DNA from: a virus | Lineage: Duplodnaviria > Caudoviricetes | DNA: 61,862 bases | Reading direction: 5' to 3' (one strand) | Virus record (IMG/VR): IMGVR_UViG_3300033141_002737 | Span: 1-61,862 of that record | In this document: piece after piece, positions 1 through 7,406 of the stretch | Position numbering within the stretch: position 1 is the stretch's first letter | How the letters are laid out: every line of letters starts with the position of its first letter | Program-made: the position numbers and the translations under genes | Notes under the pieces: model-generated | Databases searched by the model: none | The model's input: only the letters and a program-made list of their open reading frames with translations | What the model was told of the DNA's origin: nothing

Positions 1-114
1 TCTATAGTAATAGTTAATTATAGTAAAAGAAAGCATAAATTATATAAGTTAATCACTAATGCAGAAGCTGAATATATAGGTAAAGTGTATAAGGTAGTGG
101 ATGATTCGGCTTTA
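1..114. repeat. 114-bp terminal direct repeat (circular assembly overlap), copy 1
   Basis: 1-114 is identical to 61749-61862. Confidence 0.97.
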
Positions 115-372
115 AAAGATAAGGATGTAGGCTCAGCAAAATGGATATTAGAACGTAAAGATAGAAAGGCATATGGTAATAATAACCAGATTAATCTAGG
201 GAATGTAGAAGGGGAATCATTTAAAACAGATGTGAATGCTAAACCTATCGTAGAAGAACTATTAGAATTCAGGGAATTAATAAAGAAAGTTACTCTTGGA
301 CAGGATGTTACAGATAAGTATAAAAACACATCCCCAAAGAAAGACACGGAATTAAAAGACACGGAATTATAA
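1..372 (+). CDS. terS: terminase small subunit, 3' part (gene starts at 61542; 192 aa in total)
   Basis: Frame is continuous across the junction; C-terminal SAKWILERKDRKAYG motif typical of HTH-type TerS. Confidence 0.75.
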   Translation, partial: SIVIVNYSKRKHKLYKLITNAEAEYIGKVYKVVDDSALKDKDVGSAKWILERKDRKAYGNNNQINLGNVEGESFKTDVNAKPIVEELLEFRELIKKVTLGQDVTDKYKNTSPKKDTELKDTEL

Positions 373-425
373 AGAACTTATAAAGCCGGTTTTTTACTAT
401 GGTTGGTATAGAGAAAGGTAGATGA

Positions 426-566
426 ATGAATCATAATTGTAGAATTAAAGATATAGATAAATATGAATTTGTTTTAAATATGGAAAGAGCTTCGGAAATT
501 GTAGAAGATTGGCCGAAGTGGAAAAGGGATGTCTGGAGTTCAAAGGAGGATTTAAATTGGGAGTAA
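426..566 (+). CDS. small hypothetical protein (46 aa, MNHNCRIK...ERASEIVEDWPKWKR...)
   Basis: Translated by hand; GAAAGG upstream; overlaps the start of the next gene. Confidence 0.5.
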   Translation: MNHNCRIKDIDKYEFVLNMERASEIVEDWPKWKRDVWSSKEDLNWE

Positions 567-820
567 TAAATTTAAATCAATATAAAGAAAATAAAGATGA
601 AGTGGAAAATTCTTATTTAGAATTCCTACCTATATGGAATAATTATTGGAAGGTTGGTCCTAACATTACAGGGGATATAATATCTAAGCAATTATACACA
701 GCTTTAAGATTAGCAGATGCAGGAATTATGCTTATGAAGATATTAGGCATGTTAGATAATAAAGGAAGAAAAGTTCTTATAGATTGGTTAGAGGGTATGA
801 TTGAGAACTTAAGGAATTAA
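557..820 (+). CDS. hypothetical protein
   Basis: ORF track 509..820; TTG at 557 preceded by AGGAGG is the likelier start. Confidence 0.6.
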   Translation: MGVINLNQYKENKDEVENSYLEFLPIWNNYWKVGPNITGDIISKQLYTALRLADAGIMLMKILGMLDNKGRKVLIDWLEGMIENLRN

Positions 821-970
821 TTTAGTGAAATTAGTTAATTTACACTGTTCATTTATTAAATCTTTTTTGTAATTATGAAGTTCTTCTTCTGTGCATTTAA
901 TAAGTTGATTTAAATCTATTATACGAGCTCTACAATCATCTGCTAATCCTTTATAGTCAGGTTTATACAT
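809..970 (-). CDS. small early hypothetical protein (53 aa, MYKPDYKGLADDCRARI...)
   Basis: Hand translation; GAGGT RBS; last gene of the antisense island. Confidence 0.55.
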   Translation of the reverse strand: MYKPDYKGLADDCRARIIDLNQLIKCTEEELHNYKKDLINEQCKLTNFTKLIP

Positions 971-1093
971 TATTTATACCTCTTCATTTTGTATCTTAAG
1001 TATCGTTGAGTATGGTGACACATATTTCGTAATGTTGTAACATTTAAACTTAAAACAATTAAAATTAATAAATAGTCTGTTAAATTCATTTAT

Positions 1094-1315
1094 TTATACC
1101 TCATTAAAATTAGTTAATCTAACTCTTATTCGATGTAGTTCATTTATCTTATCCTTTTGAACTTTTATAGCAGTCCTTAATTTCTCAATATCCTCATCAA
1201 AGTCATTTAAGTTATCATTTGTATTTAATAAAGTGTTTAAAGATCTTTCTAAAAAAGCTTTAGTGTTTTGAGCTTCTATTGAGTTAAGAGTTAAAGCAGT
1301 TAAATTATATTGCAT
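1094..1315 (-). CDS. small coiled-coil hypothetical protein
   Basis: ORF track; AAGGAG RBS; stop/start overlap with the upstream gene. Confidence 0.65.
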   Translation of the reverse strand: MQYNLTALTLNSIEAQNTKAFLERSLNTLLNTNDNLNDFDEDIEKLRTAIKVQKDKINELHRIRVRLTNFNEV

Positions 1316-1530
1316 TATTTATGCTCCTTTATTTTAAATTTAAAAATATACTTATTATTTTCTAATGTTCTATTATTAGTTTTAATACAGTTATGGAATA
1401 TATAGTTATACTTGGATGAGTGAAGAATATCATATAAAAACTTTGTAATATTTAAGGCTTTAAAAGTTATAGTATCTATATGTTTATTCGTAGATCTATT
1501 TTTTATATGTACTTGTATATTCTTTAACAT
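1315..1530 (-). CDS. small hypothetical protein
   Basis: ORF track; GGAG RBS. Confidence 0.6.
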   Translation of the reverse strand: MLKNIQVHIKNRSTNKHIDTITFKALNITKFLYDILHSSKYNYIFHNCIKTNNRTLENNKYIFKFKIKEHK

Positions 1531-1686
1531 TTATACTCCATTCTTGTAATCTTGTTTAGCTTTTTCATATCCACGTTTATAAGCCCAGCGTACTACTGCT
1601 CTAAGATTATTCATATTATCCTTAAATTTAAGTTTCATAATAGGGCTTTTGGATAGGTCTTGTAATATTTTATCTAGATGGTTCAT
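1531..1686 (-). CDS. small hypothetical protein (51 aa, MNHLDKILQD...WAYKRGYEKAKQDY)
   Basis: Hand translation; GAAGGA RBS; abuts the next gene. Confidence 0.55.
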   Translation of the reverse strand: MNHLDKILQDLSKSPIMKLKFKDNMNNLRAVVRWAYKRGYEKAKQDYKNGV

Positions 1687-1810
1687 CTTGCATTCCTTCT
1701 AATTTTAATCCTTGATTTTCATTAATTCATCATATTCGATAGGTTTCATATGAATATTAATAAATGAATGATCTATAAAAAATGTATCTATTTTATACTC
1801 TTTTGACATA

Positions 1811-2038
1811 TTAAAATTTCCTCCTTGTAATATTACTATTATAAGATTTAGTGTCTTTAATTTCATTTACTACTCTTTCAAATAACATATCAGTTGTTTT
1901 ACAAGGCTTTCCATAATCAAGCTTATGTAATTGGCTGTTAATTTGAATTGTAATTTGGCAAGAATCGCAGCAGGCTATATACTCAACCTTAAGTGGGTCG
2001 AAGAAAGATATTACCTTGCCACAAGATATTCTAATCAT
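1811..2038 (-). CDS. small hypothetical protein
   Basis: ORF track; GGGGAGG RBS. Confidence 0.65.
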   Translation of the reverse strand: MIRISCGKVISFFDPLKVEYIACCDSCQITIQINSQLHKLDYGKPCKTTDMLFERVVNEIKDTKSYNSNITRRKF

Positions 2039-2039
2039 T

Positions 2040-2192
2040 TTAAATATCCTCCCCTATTTTAAAGTTAAAATAACTTACTAATAGATCCTCTAATATGTTC
2101 ATAACCTGTACTCTTATATAATCTAAATCATCATCATAATTTACCTCTACAGAATCAGCATATTTATCATCTATAGTTATTAGTATTTTCAT
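2040..2192 (-). CDS. small acidic hypothetical protein (50 aa, MKILITIDDKYADSVEVNYDDDLDY...)
   Basis: Hand translation; AAAGGAG RBS. Confidence 0.6.
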   Translation of the reverse strand: MKILITIDDKYADSVEVNYDDDLDYIRVQVMNILEDLLVSYFNFKIGEDI

Positions 2193-2205
2193 TTTAATAC
2201 TCCTT

Positions 2206-2385
2206 TCATTCGGGTGTAGGTATATTATAATGTAACCTACATTTAGCTATATACTCTTTATACCAATATAATCTATGTTCAAGTAATTTAACTAACTTAT
2301 CATAATATACTAAATTACTCGGTTCAACTTCTCCACAGAGGTTATTATAATGAAGTAGAGCTTTTTTTATAGGGTTTAAATACAT
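2206..2385 (-). CDS. small hypothetical protein (59 aa, MYLNPIKKALLHY...)
   Basis: Hand translation; GAGGA RBS; tiles between its neighbours. Confidence 0.55.
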   Translation of the reverse strand: MYLNPIKKALLHYNNLCGEVEPSNLVYYDKLVKLLEHRLYWYKEYIAKCRLHYNIPTPE

Positions 2386-2386
2386 A

Positions 2387-2572
2387 TTAGTATTCCTCTA
2401 ATTTAGGTAAGTTGTATAAAGTATTAGTTTGAGGTTCTGGTTTAATAATTATCTGTATAGAATTTTTGTTAATTAACTCTAATGTCTGTATTGAATTATT
2501 AACTAAGTGCATTAATTGACAAATAAATAATATTAATAGTATAGTAATTAAGTTATTAAGTATTTTTTGCAT
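2387..2572 (-). CDS. small membrane-anchored protein
   Basis: ORF track; N-terminal hydrophobic stretch LITILLILFICQLM. Confidence 0.6.
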   Translation of the reverse strand: MQKILNNLITILLILFICQLMHLVNNSIQTLELINKNSIQIIIKPEPQTNTLYNLPKLEEY

Positions 2573-2615
2573 TAGTTAATCCTTTTAATTTATTGTTTAC
2601 GGGCTGCTTTAGTAT

Positions 2616-2783
2616 CTACCGATTTAATTCATTTTCTATATCATTAATAAGACTTCTCCAATTTTTAATTTCTTTATTTATATTTGGAAGATCTTGAGGT
2701 GATGTAGTATTAACAGGGTTATATAATAATTCATAAAGAATTTCATTAAGTTTAGTTGATATAGTTTCATACCCTATTTTCAT
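2616..2783 (-). CDS. small hypothetical protein (55 aa, MKIGYETISTKLNEIL...)
   Basis: Hand translation; AAAGGA RBS. Confidence 0.55.
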   Translation of the reverse strand: MKIGYETISTKLNEILYELLYNPVNTTSPQDLPNINKEIKNWRSLINDIENELNR

Positions 2784-2801
2784 AAGTTATTCCTTTCTTA
2801 T

Positions 2802-2867
2802 TTACTTATATTTTAATGTTATAATAATATCCTTGAATACAGGAATAGTGTTTAAATTAATTTCCAT
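2802..2867 (-). pseudogene. truncated 21-codon remnant (MEINLNTIPVFKDIIITLKYK) resembling the N-terminus of 59600..59779
   Basis: First ORF behind promoter copy 1; runs into a 21-bp copy of another cassette's leader. Confidence 0.4.
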
Positions 2868-2904
2868 AGTATTTCAATTTATTCCTTATATATTCTATAC
2901 TCTA

Positions 2905-2956
2905 ATTATAATTTATGAAATTATATTTTACAAGTGTTTTATTACAAATCATTAAG
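2905..2956 (-). promoter_or_regulatory. repeated early promoter element, copy 1
   Basis: -35 TTGTAA at 2933-2928, 17-bp spacer, -10 TATAAT at 2910-2905, conserved TAATAAAACAC upstream. Confidence 0.8.
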
Positions 2957-3160
2957 TTCAAATTCTGTATCTACAGGATGATTATATACGACAGCGGCTA
3001 AAGCATCACATAAATGTTCTATACTTGTAGAATCATTGTTGTAAGCTTTATACAAAGTTATTATATGACGTAGATATATTACCTCAGACATCTCTGTAAA
3101 GGTTAAGGTTAATTTATCTAATTGAGTAGAGGACGGTTTTATAGTAGATTTAATTTCCAT
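2942..3160 (-). CDS. small hypothetical protein
   Basis: ORF track. Confidence 0.6.
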   Translation of the reverse strand: MEIKSTIKPSSTQLDKLTLTFTEMSEVIYLRHIITLYKAYNNDSTSIEHLCDALAAVVYNHPVDTEFELNDL

Positions 3161-3163
3161 AAT

Positions 3164-3343
3164 TTATTTCTCACAATTTGTTCTTAAGGTTGTTTGTAAA
3201 TAGCCATATAAATTTATAAGCTCATCTGGAAGTGTATGATATGAAGTAGCTAATACTTTATAAAGCATTTCTGCTTCTTCTCTACTTTCAATATCTATTG
3301 TTATAGATTTAAAAATACATTTAGATTTTGATTTAAAATTCAT
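3164..3343 (-). CDS. small hypothetical protein (59 aa, MNFKSKSKCIFKSITIDIESREEAEML...)
   Basis: Hand translation; AAAGGAG RBS. Confidence 0.6.
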   Translation of the reverse strand: MNFKSKSKCIFKSITIDIESREEAEMLYKVLATSYHTLPDELINLYGYLQTTLRTNCEK

Positions 3344-3368
3344 AATTTACTCCTTTATATTTCTTTTA

Positions 3369-3545
3369 TTAATTGGCGTTTAATTTACCTAATTCTAAAT
3401 GACATTTTCCTCTATTTGATAAAGCCTCTATACATTCTGGATCATGAAATAAAACTATTGAAAAATCCTCAATAGCTTTTTTGTATTCCCCGGCTTTCAT
3501 ATAACATTCACCTCTCTTTAGGTGTGCCATTAATCCAATTTCCAT
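3369..3545 (-). CDS. mini tetratricopeptide-repeat protein (58 aa)
   Basis: MEIGLMAHLKRGECYMKAGEYKKAIEDFSIVLFHDPECIEALSNRGKCHLELGKLNAN fits the TPR consensus (RG..Y...G.Y..A..DF......DP....A..NRG); AAAGGAG RBS. Confidence 0.75.
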   Translation of the reverse strand: MEIGLMAHLKRGECYMKAGEYKKAIEDFSIVLFHDPECIEALSNRGKCHLELGKLNAN

Positions 3546-3556
3546 AATTTACTCCT

Positions 3557-3721
3557 TTATAATTTTTTACTAAGTTTAGCTATTTTAGTTCTATTACGAT
3601 TAGTAGTTTTTATGTTTTTATTCTTAACTTTTAGATTCTTAGAAATGTGAATAAGTTTAATTGCTTAAGATTCTGTAACATTTTGGTTGTTCATTACTTT
3701 TTGAATAGTTTCTTTAGTCAT
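3557..3721 (-). pseudogene. 55-codon basic ORF interrupted by TAA at codon 19
   Basis: MTKETIQKVMNNQNVTES*AIKLIHISKNL...KLSKKL*; strong RBS; the distal stop abuts the next RBS. Confidence 0.5.
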
Positions 3722-3753
3722 AATATAAAAACTCCTTATTTACTTATATTTTA

Positions 3754-3805
3754 ATTATATATTATAGAATTAAGTTTTACAAGTGTTTTATTAAGAATTA
3801 TTAAG
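3754..3805 (-). promoter_or_regulatory. repeated early promoter element, copy 2
   Basis: CTTAATAATTCTTAATAAAACAC-TTGTAA(3782-3777)-17bp-TATAAT(3759-3754). Confidence 0.85.
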
Positions 3806-3816
3806 TTTAATTTATT

Positions 3817-3850
3817 CACACTTGTAAAGTAAATAAGTATACTATATAAT
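3817..3850 (+). promoter_or_regulatory. divergent sigma70-type promoter sharing the ACACTTGTAA core
   Basis: TTGTAA 3822-3827, 17 bp, TATAAT 3845-3850. Confidence 0.75.
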
Positions 3851-3856
3851 TAAAAG

Positions 3857-3964
3857 TATATAAACATTAGTCATAAAGACTTCCCCCTTGACCTGGTACA
3901 CAGTTCTAGAACAATTTAATAGTTATCTAAGTAATAATCTTAAATTCTCTTAGATAACTTTTTT
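3857..3964 (+). ncRNA. candidate small RNA (about 108 nt)
   Basis: Bounded by a consensus promoter and an intrinsic terminator; no + strand ORF; C-rich anti-SD-like CTTCCCCCTT. Confidence 0.5.
3921..3964 (+). terminator. intrinsic terminator
   Basis: 11-bp stem AGTTATCTAAG/CTTAGATAACT followed by a T-tract. Confidence 0.7.
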
Positions 3965-3998
3965 ATTTAAATTGAATTTAATAAAGAGGAAATAGAAT

Positions 3999-4394
3999 AT
4001 GGCATTTCTAACGGATGAATTTAATTTCAAATGGCTCCTTGATGGGAAGAAGATGGAGCTATTAAATGAAATGCAATATAAACGTGAAAGTACTGGTAAG
4101 ATATATGTATTAAATAAAGGGTTTAGGACAGATGGATCAAGTATACCAAAATTTTTCTGGAGTTTTACAAATGCTCCATTTGTAGGGAAGCATAAATTTG
4201 CTGCTTTAATTCATGATTGGCTATGTCATACCAAAATTGTAAGCCGTAAAGAAGCGGATGAGATATTTAAAGAGGCTTTAGTAGAATATGGAGTTAAACG
4301 CTTTACAGTTAATTATATGTATCAAGCTGTTAAAGGTTGGAGTAAAGTATTAAAAATATTTAAGAAGATTAGATATAACAATTATGAAATTTAG
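3999..4394 (+). CDS. DUF1353-family protein
   Basis: GFRTDGSSIP...AALIHDWL...RKEADEIF motifs. Confidence 0.8.
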   Translation: MAFLTDEFNFKWLLDGKKMELLNEMQYKRESTGKIYVLNKGFRTDGSSIPKFFWSFTNAPFVGKHKFAALIHDWLCHTKIVSRKEADEIFKEALVEYGVKRFTVNYMYQAVKGWSKVLKIFKKIRYNNYEI

Positions 4395-4758
4395 TAAAAA
4401 ATTTGAAGAGGATTATCAATTTTATTTAAATAATTTAGATAAACAATTTTTAAGAAATATCTTTAAGTTACCCATTTATTGCAAGGATGGTTTATCCGCT
4501 AAAGAGGTTTTTTATTTATATGATTCGAGAGGTGTTTTAAAATCATGTAAAGATGTGGAATTGTTTAAATCTTTAATTAATATCAAGAAGAATATAAATT
4601 TACAAATAAAGATGTGGGTAGAGGGATATATAGTTTGTGGTATACCAATAAATGAGTATCTAAATTGTTTTAAGGGTCAAATTCCTGTATGGGTGAAAAA
4701 AAGTTTAGTAAATCAAATAAATAAAAAGTATAAGTTAGCTCACTTACCTACTATATAA
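4384..4758 (+). CDS. hypothetical protein
   Basis: ORF track; overlaps the upstream stop. Confidence 0.6.
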   Translation: MKFSKKFEEDYQFYLNNLDKQFLRNIFKLPIYCKDGLSAKEVFYLYDSRGVLKSCKDVELFKSLINIKKNINLQIKMWVEGYIVCGIPINEYLNCFKGQIPVWVKKSLVNQINKKYKLAHLPTI

Positions 4759-4778
4759 ATCGGTAAGAAGAGATCTTG

Positions 4779-4807
4779 GAACCCCCTTAGTAATTAAGCG
4801 GGGTTCT
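4779..4807 (+). promoter_or_regulatory. GC-rich hairpin just upstream of terL
   Basis: GAACCCC-CTTAG...TTAAG-C-GGGGTTC inverted repeat with a weak T-tail. Confidence 0.4.
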
Positions 4808-4832
4808 TAATATACTTAGAAAGGATTAAAAT

Positions 4833-6170
4833 ATGGATTGGGATTGGAACAATTTAAGTCAAGATGATTCTATTAACGTTTTATTTACTCAAATAATTAG
4901 AAATCCTTTTATCCCTGTAACGCCTACAGAAAAACAATTAGAATTTCTTAGTTGTTTTAATAAAGAGATTCTTTATGGAGGTGCGGCAGGGGGAGGAAAG
5001 TCAGCCGCTTTATTAATGGCTGCTTTAATGTTTGTAACTGTACCTGAATATAGAGCACTATTATTAAGAAGGACTTATGCAGATTTAAGTTTACCTGGAG
5101 CTCTTATAGATTTATCTAAAGAATGGTTAGAGGAAACGGATGCCCATTGGAATGAAATACATAAGCAATGGAAATTTCCATCAGGAGCTACATTAAATTT
5201 TGGATATTTAGATAACGAAAAGGCTAAATATAGGTATTTAGGAGCTCAATTTCATTTTGTAGGATTTGATGAATTAACTCAATTTACAGCATCCCAGTAT
5301 TTATATTTATTTAGTAGGAATAGGAAAATTAAGGGAGTAGATATTCCTTTAAGATTTAGAACAGCCTCTAATCCTGGAGGTATGGGACATGAATGGGTTA
5401 AACAAAGGTTTATAACTGAACGTAAACAAGGACGATTATTTATTCCAGCTAAGTTATTTGATAACCCTCATTTAGATCAAGAATCTTATGAGAAGAATTT
5501 GAATGAATTAGATCCAGTTACTAGGAAGCAATTAAAGGACGGTGATTGGAATGTCGTAGGGGCTGGAAATTTCTTTCAAAGAGATAAATTTAATATGACC
5601 GATGCTTATCCAGTAAAACTTGGAAAGGGTAGAAGTGTTAGGTATTGGGATTTAGCCGCTACAGAATCTAAAGAAGGAACTGATCCTGATTATACAGTAG
5701 GAGTTAAAATAAGAACTATAAAAGGTGAATATTGGGTTGAAGATGTAGTTAGAGGAAGATATAATCCAAGAGATTTAGAGAATGTTATTAGAAGAACTGC
5801 AGAAGAAGATGGAAAGCAGGTTTGTGTCTTTATGGAACAAGAACCTGGAAGTTCTGGAAAGATAACTATTAGTCATTTTGCTAGAAATGTCTTACAAGGA
5901 TTTTCATTTAAAGGATGTAAAACTACAGGAAGTAAAGTAGTAAGAGCTAAACCTTTCAGTGCTGCAGTAGAGAACAGTAATGTTAATATTATAAGAGCAG
6001 CTTGGAACACTAAATTTTTAGAAGAATGTATTGTATTCCCTCAAGAAGGATTTCACGATGATCAGGTAGATGCTGCAAGTGGTGCATTTGAGCAATTAAA
6101 CTTATCTGGAATTGCAGGAGTAGGGACTATTAAAGTTAATAGAGCGAGTAGTATATTAGAAGGATATTAA
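4833..6170 (+). CDS. terL: terminase large subunit
   Basis: Walker A YGGAAGGGKS, Walker B VGFDELTQ, ASNPGG coupling motif, RNase H-like YWDLA...HDDQVDA. Confidence 0.95.
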   Translation: MDWDWNNLSQDDSINVLFTQIIRNPFIPVTPTEKQLEFLSCFNKEILYGGAAGGGKSAALLMAALMFVTVPEYRALLLRRTYADLSLPGALIDLSKEWLEETDAHWNEIHKQWKFPSGATLNFGYLDNEKAKYRYLGAQFHFVGFDELTQFTASQYLYLFSRNRKIKGVDIPLRFRTASNPGGMGHEWVKQRFITERKQGRLFIPAKLFDNPHLDQESYEKNLNELDPVTRKQLKDGDWNVVGAGNFFQRDKFNMTDAYPVKLGKGRSVRYWDLAATESKEGTDPDYTVGVKIRTIKGEYWVEDVVRGRYNPRDLENVIRRTAEEDGKQVCVFMEQEPGSSGKITISHFARNVLQGFSFKGCKTTGSKVVRAKPFSAAVENSNVNIIRAAWNTKFLEECIVFPQEGFHDDQVDAASGAFEQLNLSGIAGVGTIKVNRASSILEGY

Positions 6171-6175
6171 AAGGT

Positions 6176-6460
6176 ATGGAACAAAATAATTATAAATATG
6201 GCGGTCCAGATAGTTTTAATAATTTAGTTGCCTATGCTGGACCAGATAATGTAAACATACAACCGTCTATAATTCATCAACCTAAATTAAATACACAAAG
6301 GAATCCTTCAGCGTACTTAGGATTAGAAATTATAGAATTATATGAAAATATTTTAATTAAAGCTATGAAAAAATTAACTCCTGATATTGACGTAGAGAAC
6401 AGAGGATTGTTAGTTAACTTATATTTATTTGAACAATGGTTAGATAAAGATAATGAGTGA
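6176..6460 (+). CDS. hypothetical protein
   Basis: ORF track. Confidence 0.55.
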   Translation: MEQNNYKYGGPDSFNNLVAYAGPDNVNIQPSIIHQPKLNTQRNPSAYLGLEIIELYENILIKAMKKLTPDIDVENRGLLVNLYLFEQWLDKDNE

Positions 6461-6615
6461 ATTAATTACAAAGAATTATGAAGATAAGTTAAATAATAAG
6501 ACATACGATATTGTAAATGTGAAATGTAGTAAATGCTCAAAAATTTGGATAACAATAACACCTATCGAAGAACCTTATATTTGTTTAGATCATTATATAC
6601 AGGAATAATAAAGAT

Positions 6616-6969
6616 ATGAAATTTGCAATAATACAGAAAACAAAGATTGATGGTAAAAACCATTTGCCCTCTAAAGGGATGTCTATACATAATATGAAAA
6701 ATTGTCCTGGAACACTTAAACATTTAAGTATAAGGGAGAGTGTAGGCCTATTGAATAAAAAGAAATATATAGAGAACAAAAAAGGATTTTCTCCAAGAAC
6801 TAGTATTGACGGCTCTAAAATTATTGTTCATTCTGAATTTGTTAATCCTCTTGGTTTAACAGTTATTGCTGAATATGAACAAGATGATCCTATATTTCAT
6901 AATATTTTAGAAAGTTCTGAATGGAAAATTCAAGAAGAGATAGAAATAGATAAAAAGTTTAAATTATGA
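6616..6969 (+). CDS. hypothetical protein (possibly virion-associated)
   Basis: ORF track; PRTSIDGSKIIVH motif. Confidence 0.55.
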   Translation: MKFAIIQKTKIDGKNHLPSKGMSIHNMKNCPGTLKHLSIRESVGLLNKKKYIENKKGFSPRTSIDGSKIIVHSEFVNPLGLTVIAEYEQDDPIFHNILESSEWKIQEEIEIDKKFKL

Positions 6970-7385
6970 GTAATCTATACACAGATACAATAACAAAAAA
7001 GTTTTTTAAAGAAGTAATGGAATTCATGAATTTTTATGATTCTGCTACAACAAGACTACAAACAACAAGTAGAGATCATTATAAATATTATTCTAAAGAA
7101 TTCGTAGAGGAACAAACAGCAACTGAAATAATTACTCCAACCACTGGAAAGCGAATTTTTATAAAAGCAATGAATTGCAGTACGGATTCATCTACAGGAG
7201 AAGCATGGCTACATTATGAAGGTTTACCTGAGGATGAGCCTCTCCAAAAGGGACATTTTTCTAAATATTCAAGTTTATGTAATCCAATGCTGGCAATTAA
7301 ATTACCCGTGGATGAACCCTTACTATTAACGACTACGACTAATACAGATAAATTCTTTATTAGCTTAAATTATATAGAGGTTTAA
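6966..7385 (+). CDS. hypothetical beta-rich protein (possibly virion-associated)
   Basis: ORF track; ATGA overlap; Thr-rich beta-strand pattern. Confidence 0.55.
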   Translation: MSNLYTDTITKKFFKEVMEFMNFYDSATTRLQTTSRDHYKYYSKEFVEEQTATEIITPTTGKRIFIKAMNCSTDSSTGEAWLHYEGLPEDEPLQKGHFSKYSSLCNPMLAIKLPVDEPLLLTTTTNTDKFFISLNYIEV

Positions 7386-7406
7386 TATAATCCAAAGGGA
7401 TGACTT

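Noticed and set aside
1-114. 114-bp end repeat as a biological terminal repeat
   Set aside because: It falls mid-gene and is an exact overlap, as expected from circular assembly; physical ends cannot be inferred from it
2616-3721. Stop-codon reassignment suggested by short ORFs and an internal TAA
   Set aside because: Core genes are full length in the standard code and end in TAA, TAG and TGA; no suppressor tRNA was seen
18-6779. Minus-strand ORFs 18..362 and 6585..6779
   Set aside because: Antisense to terS and to 6616..6969 respectively; no supporting signals
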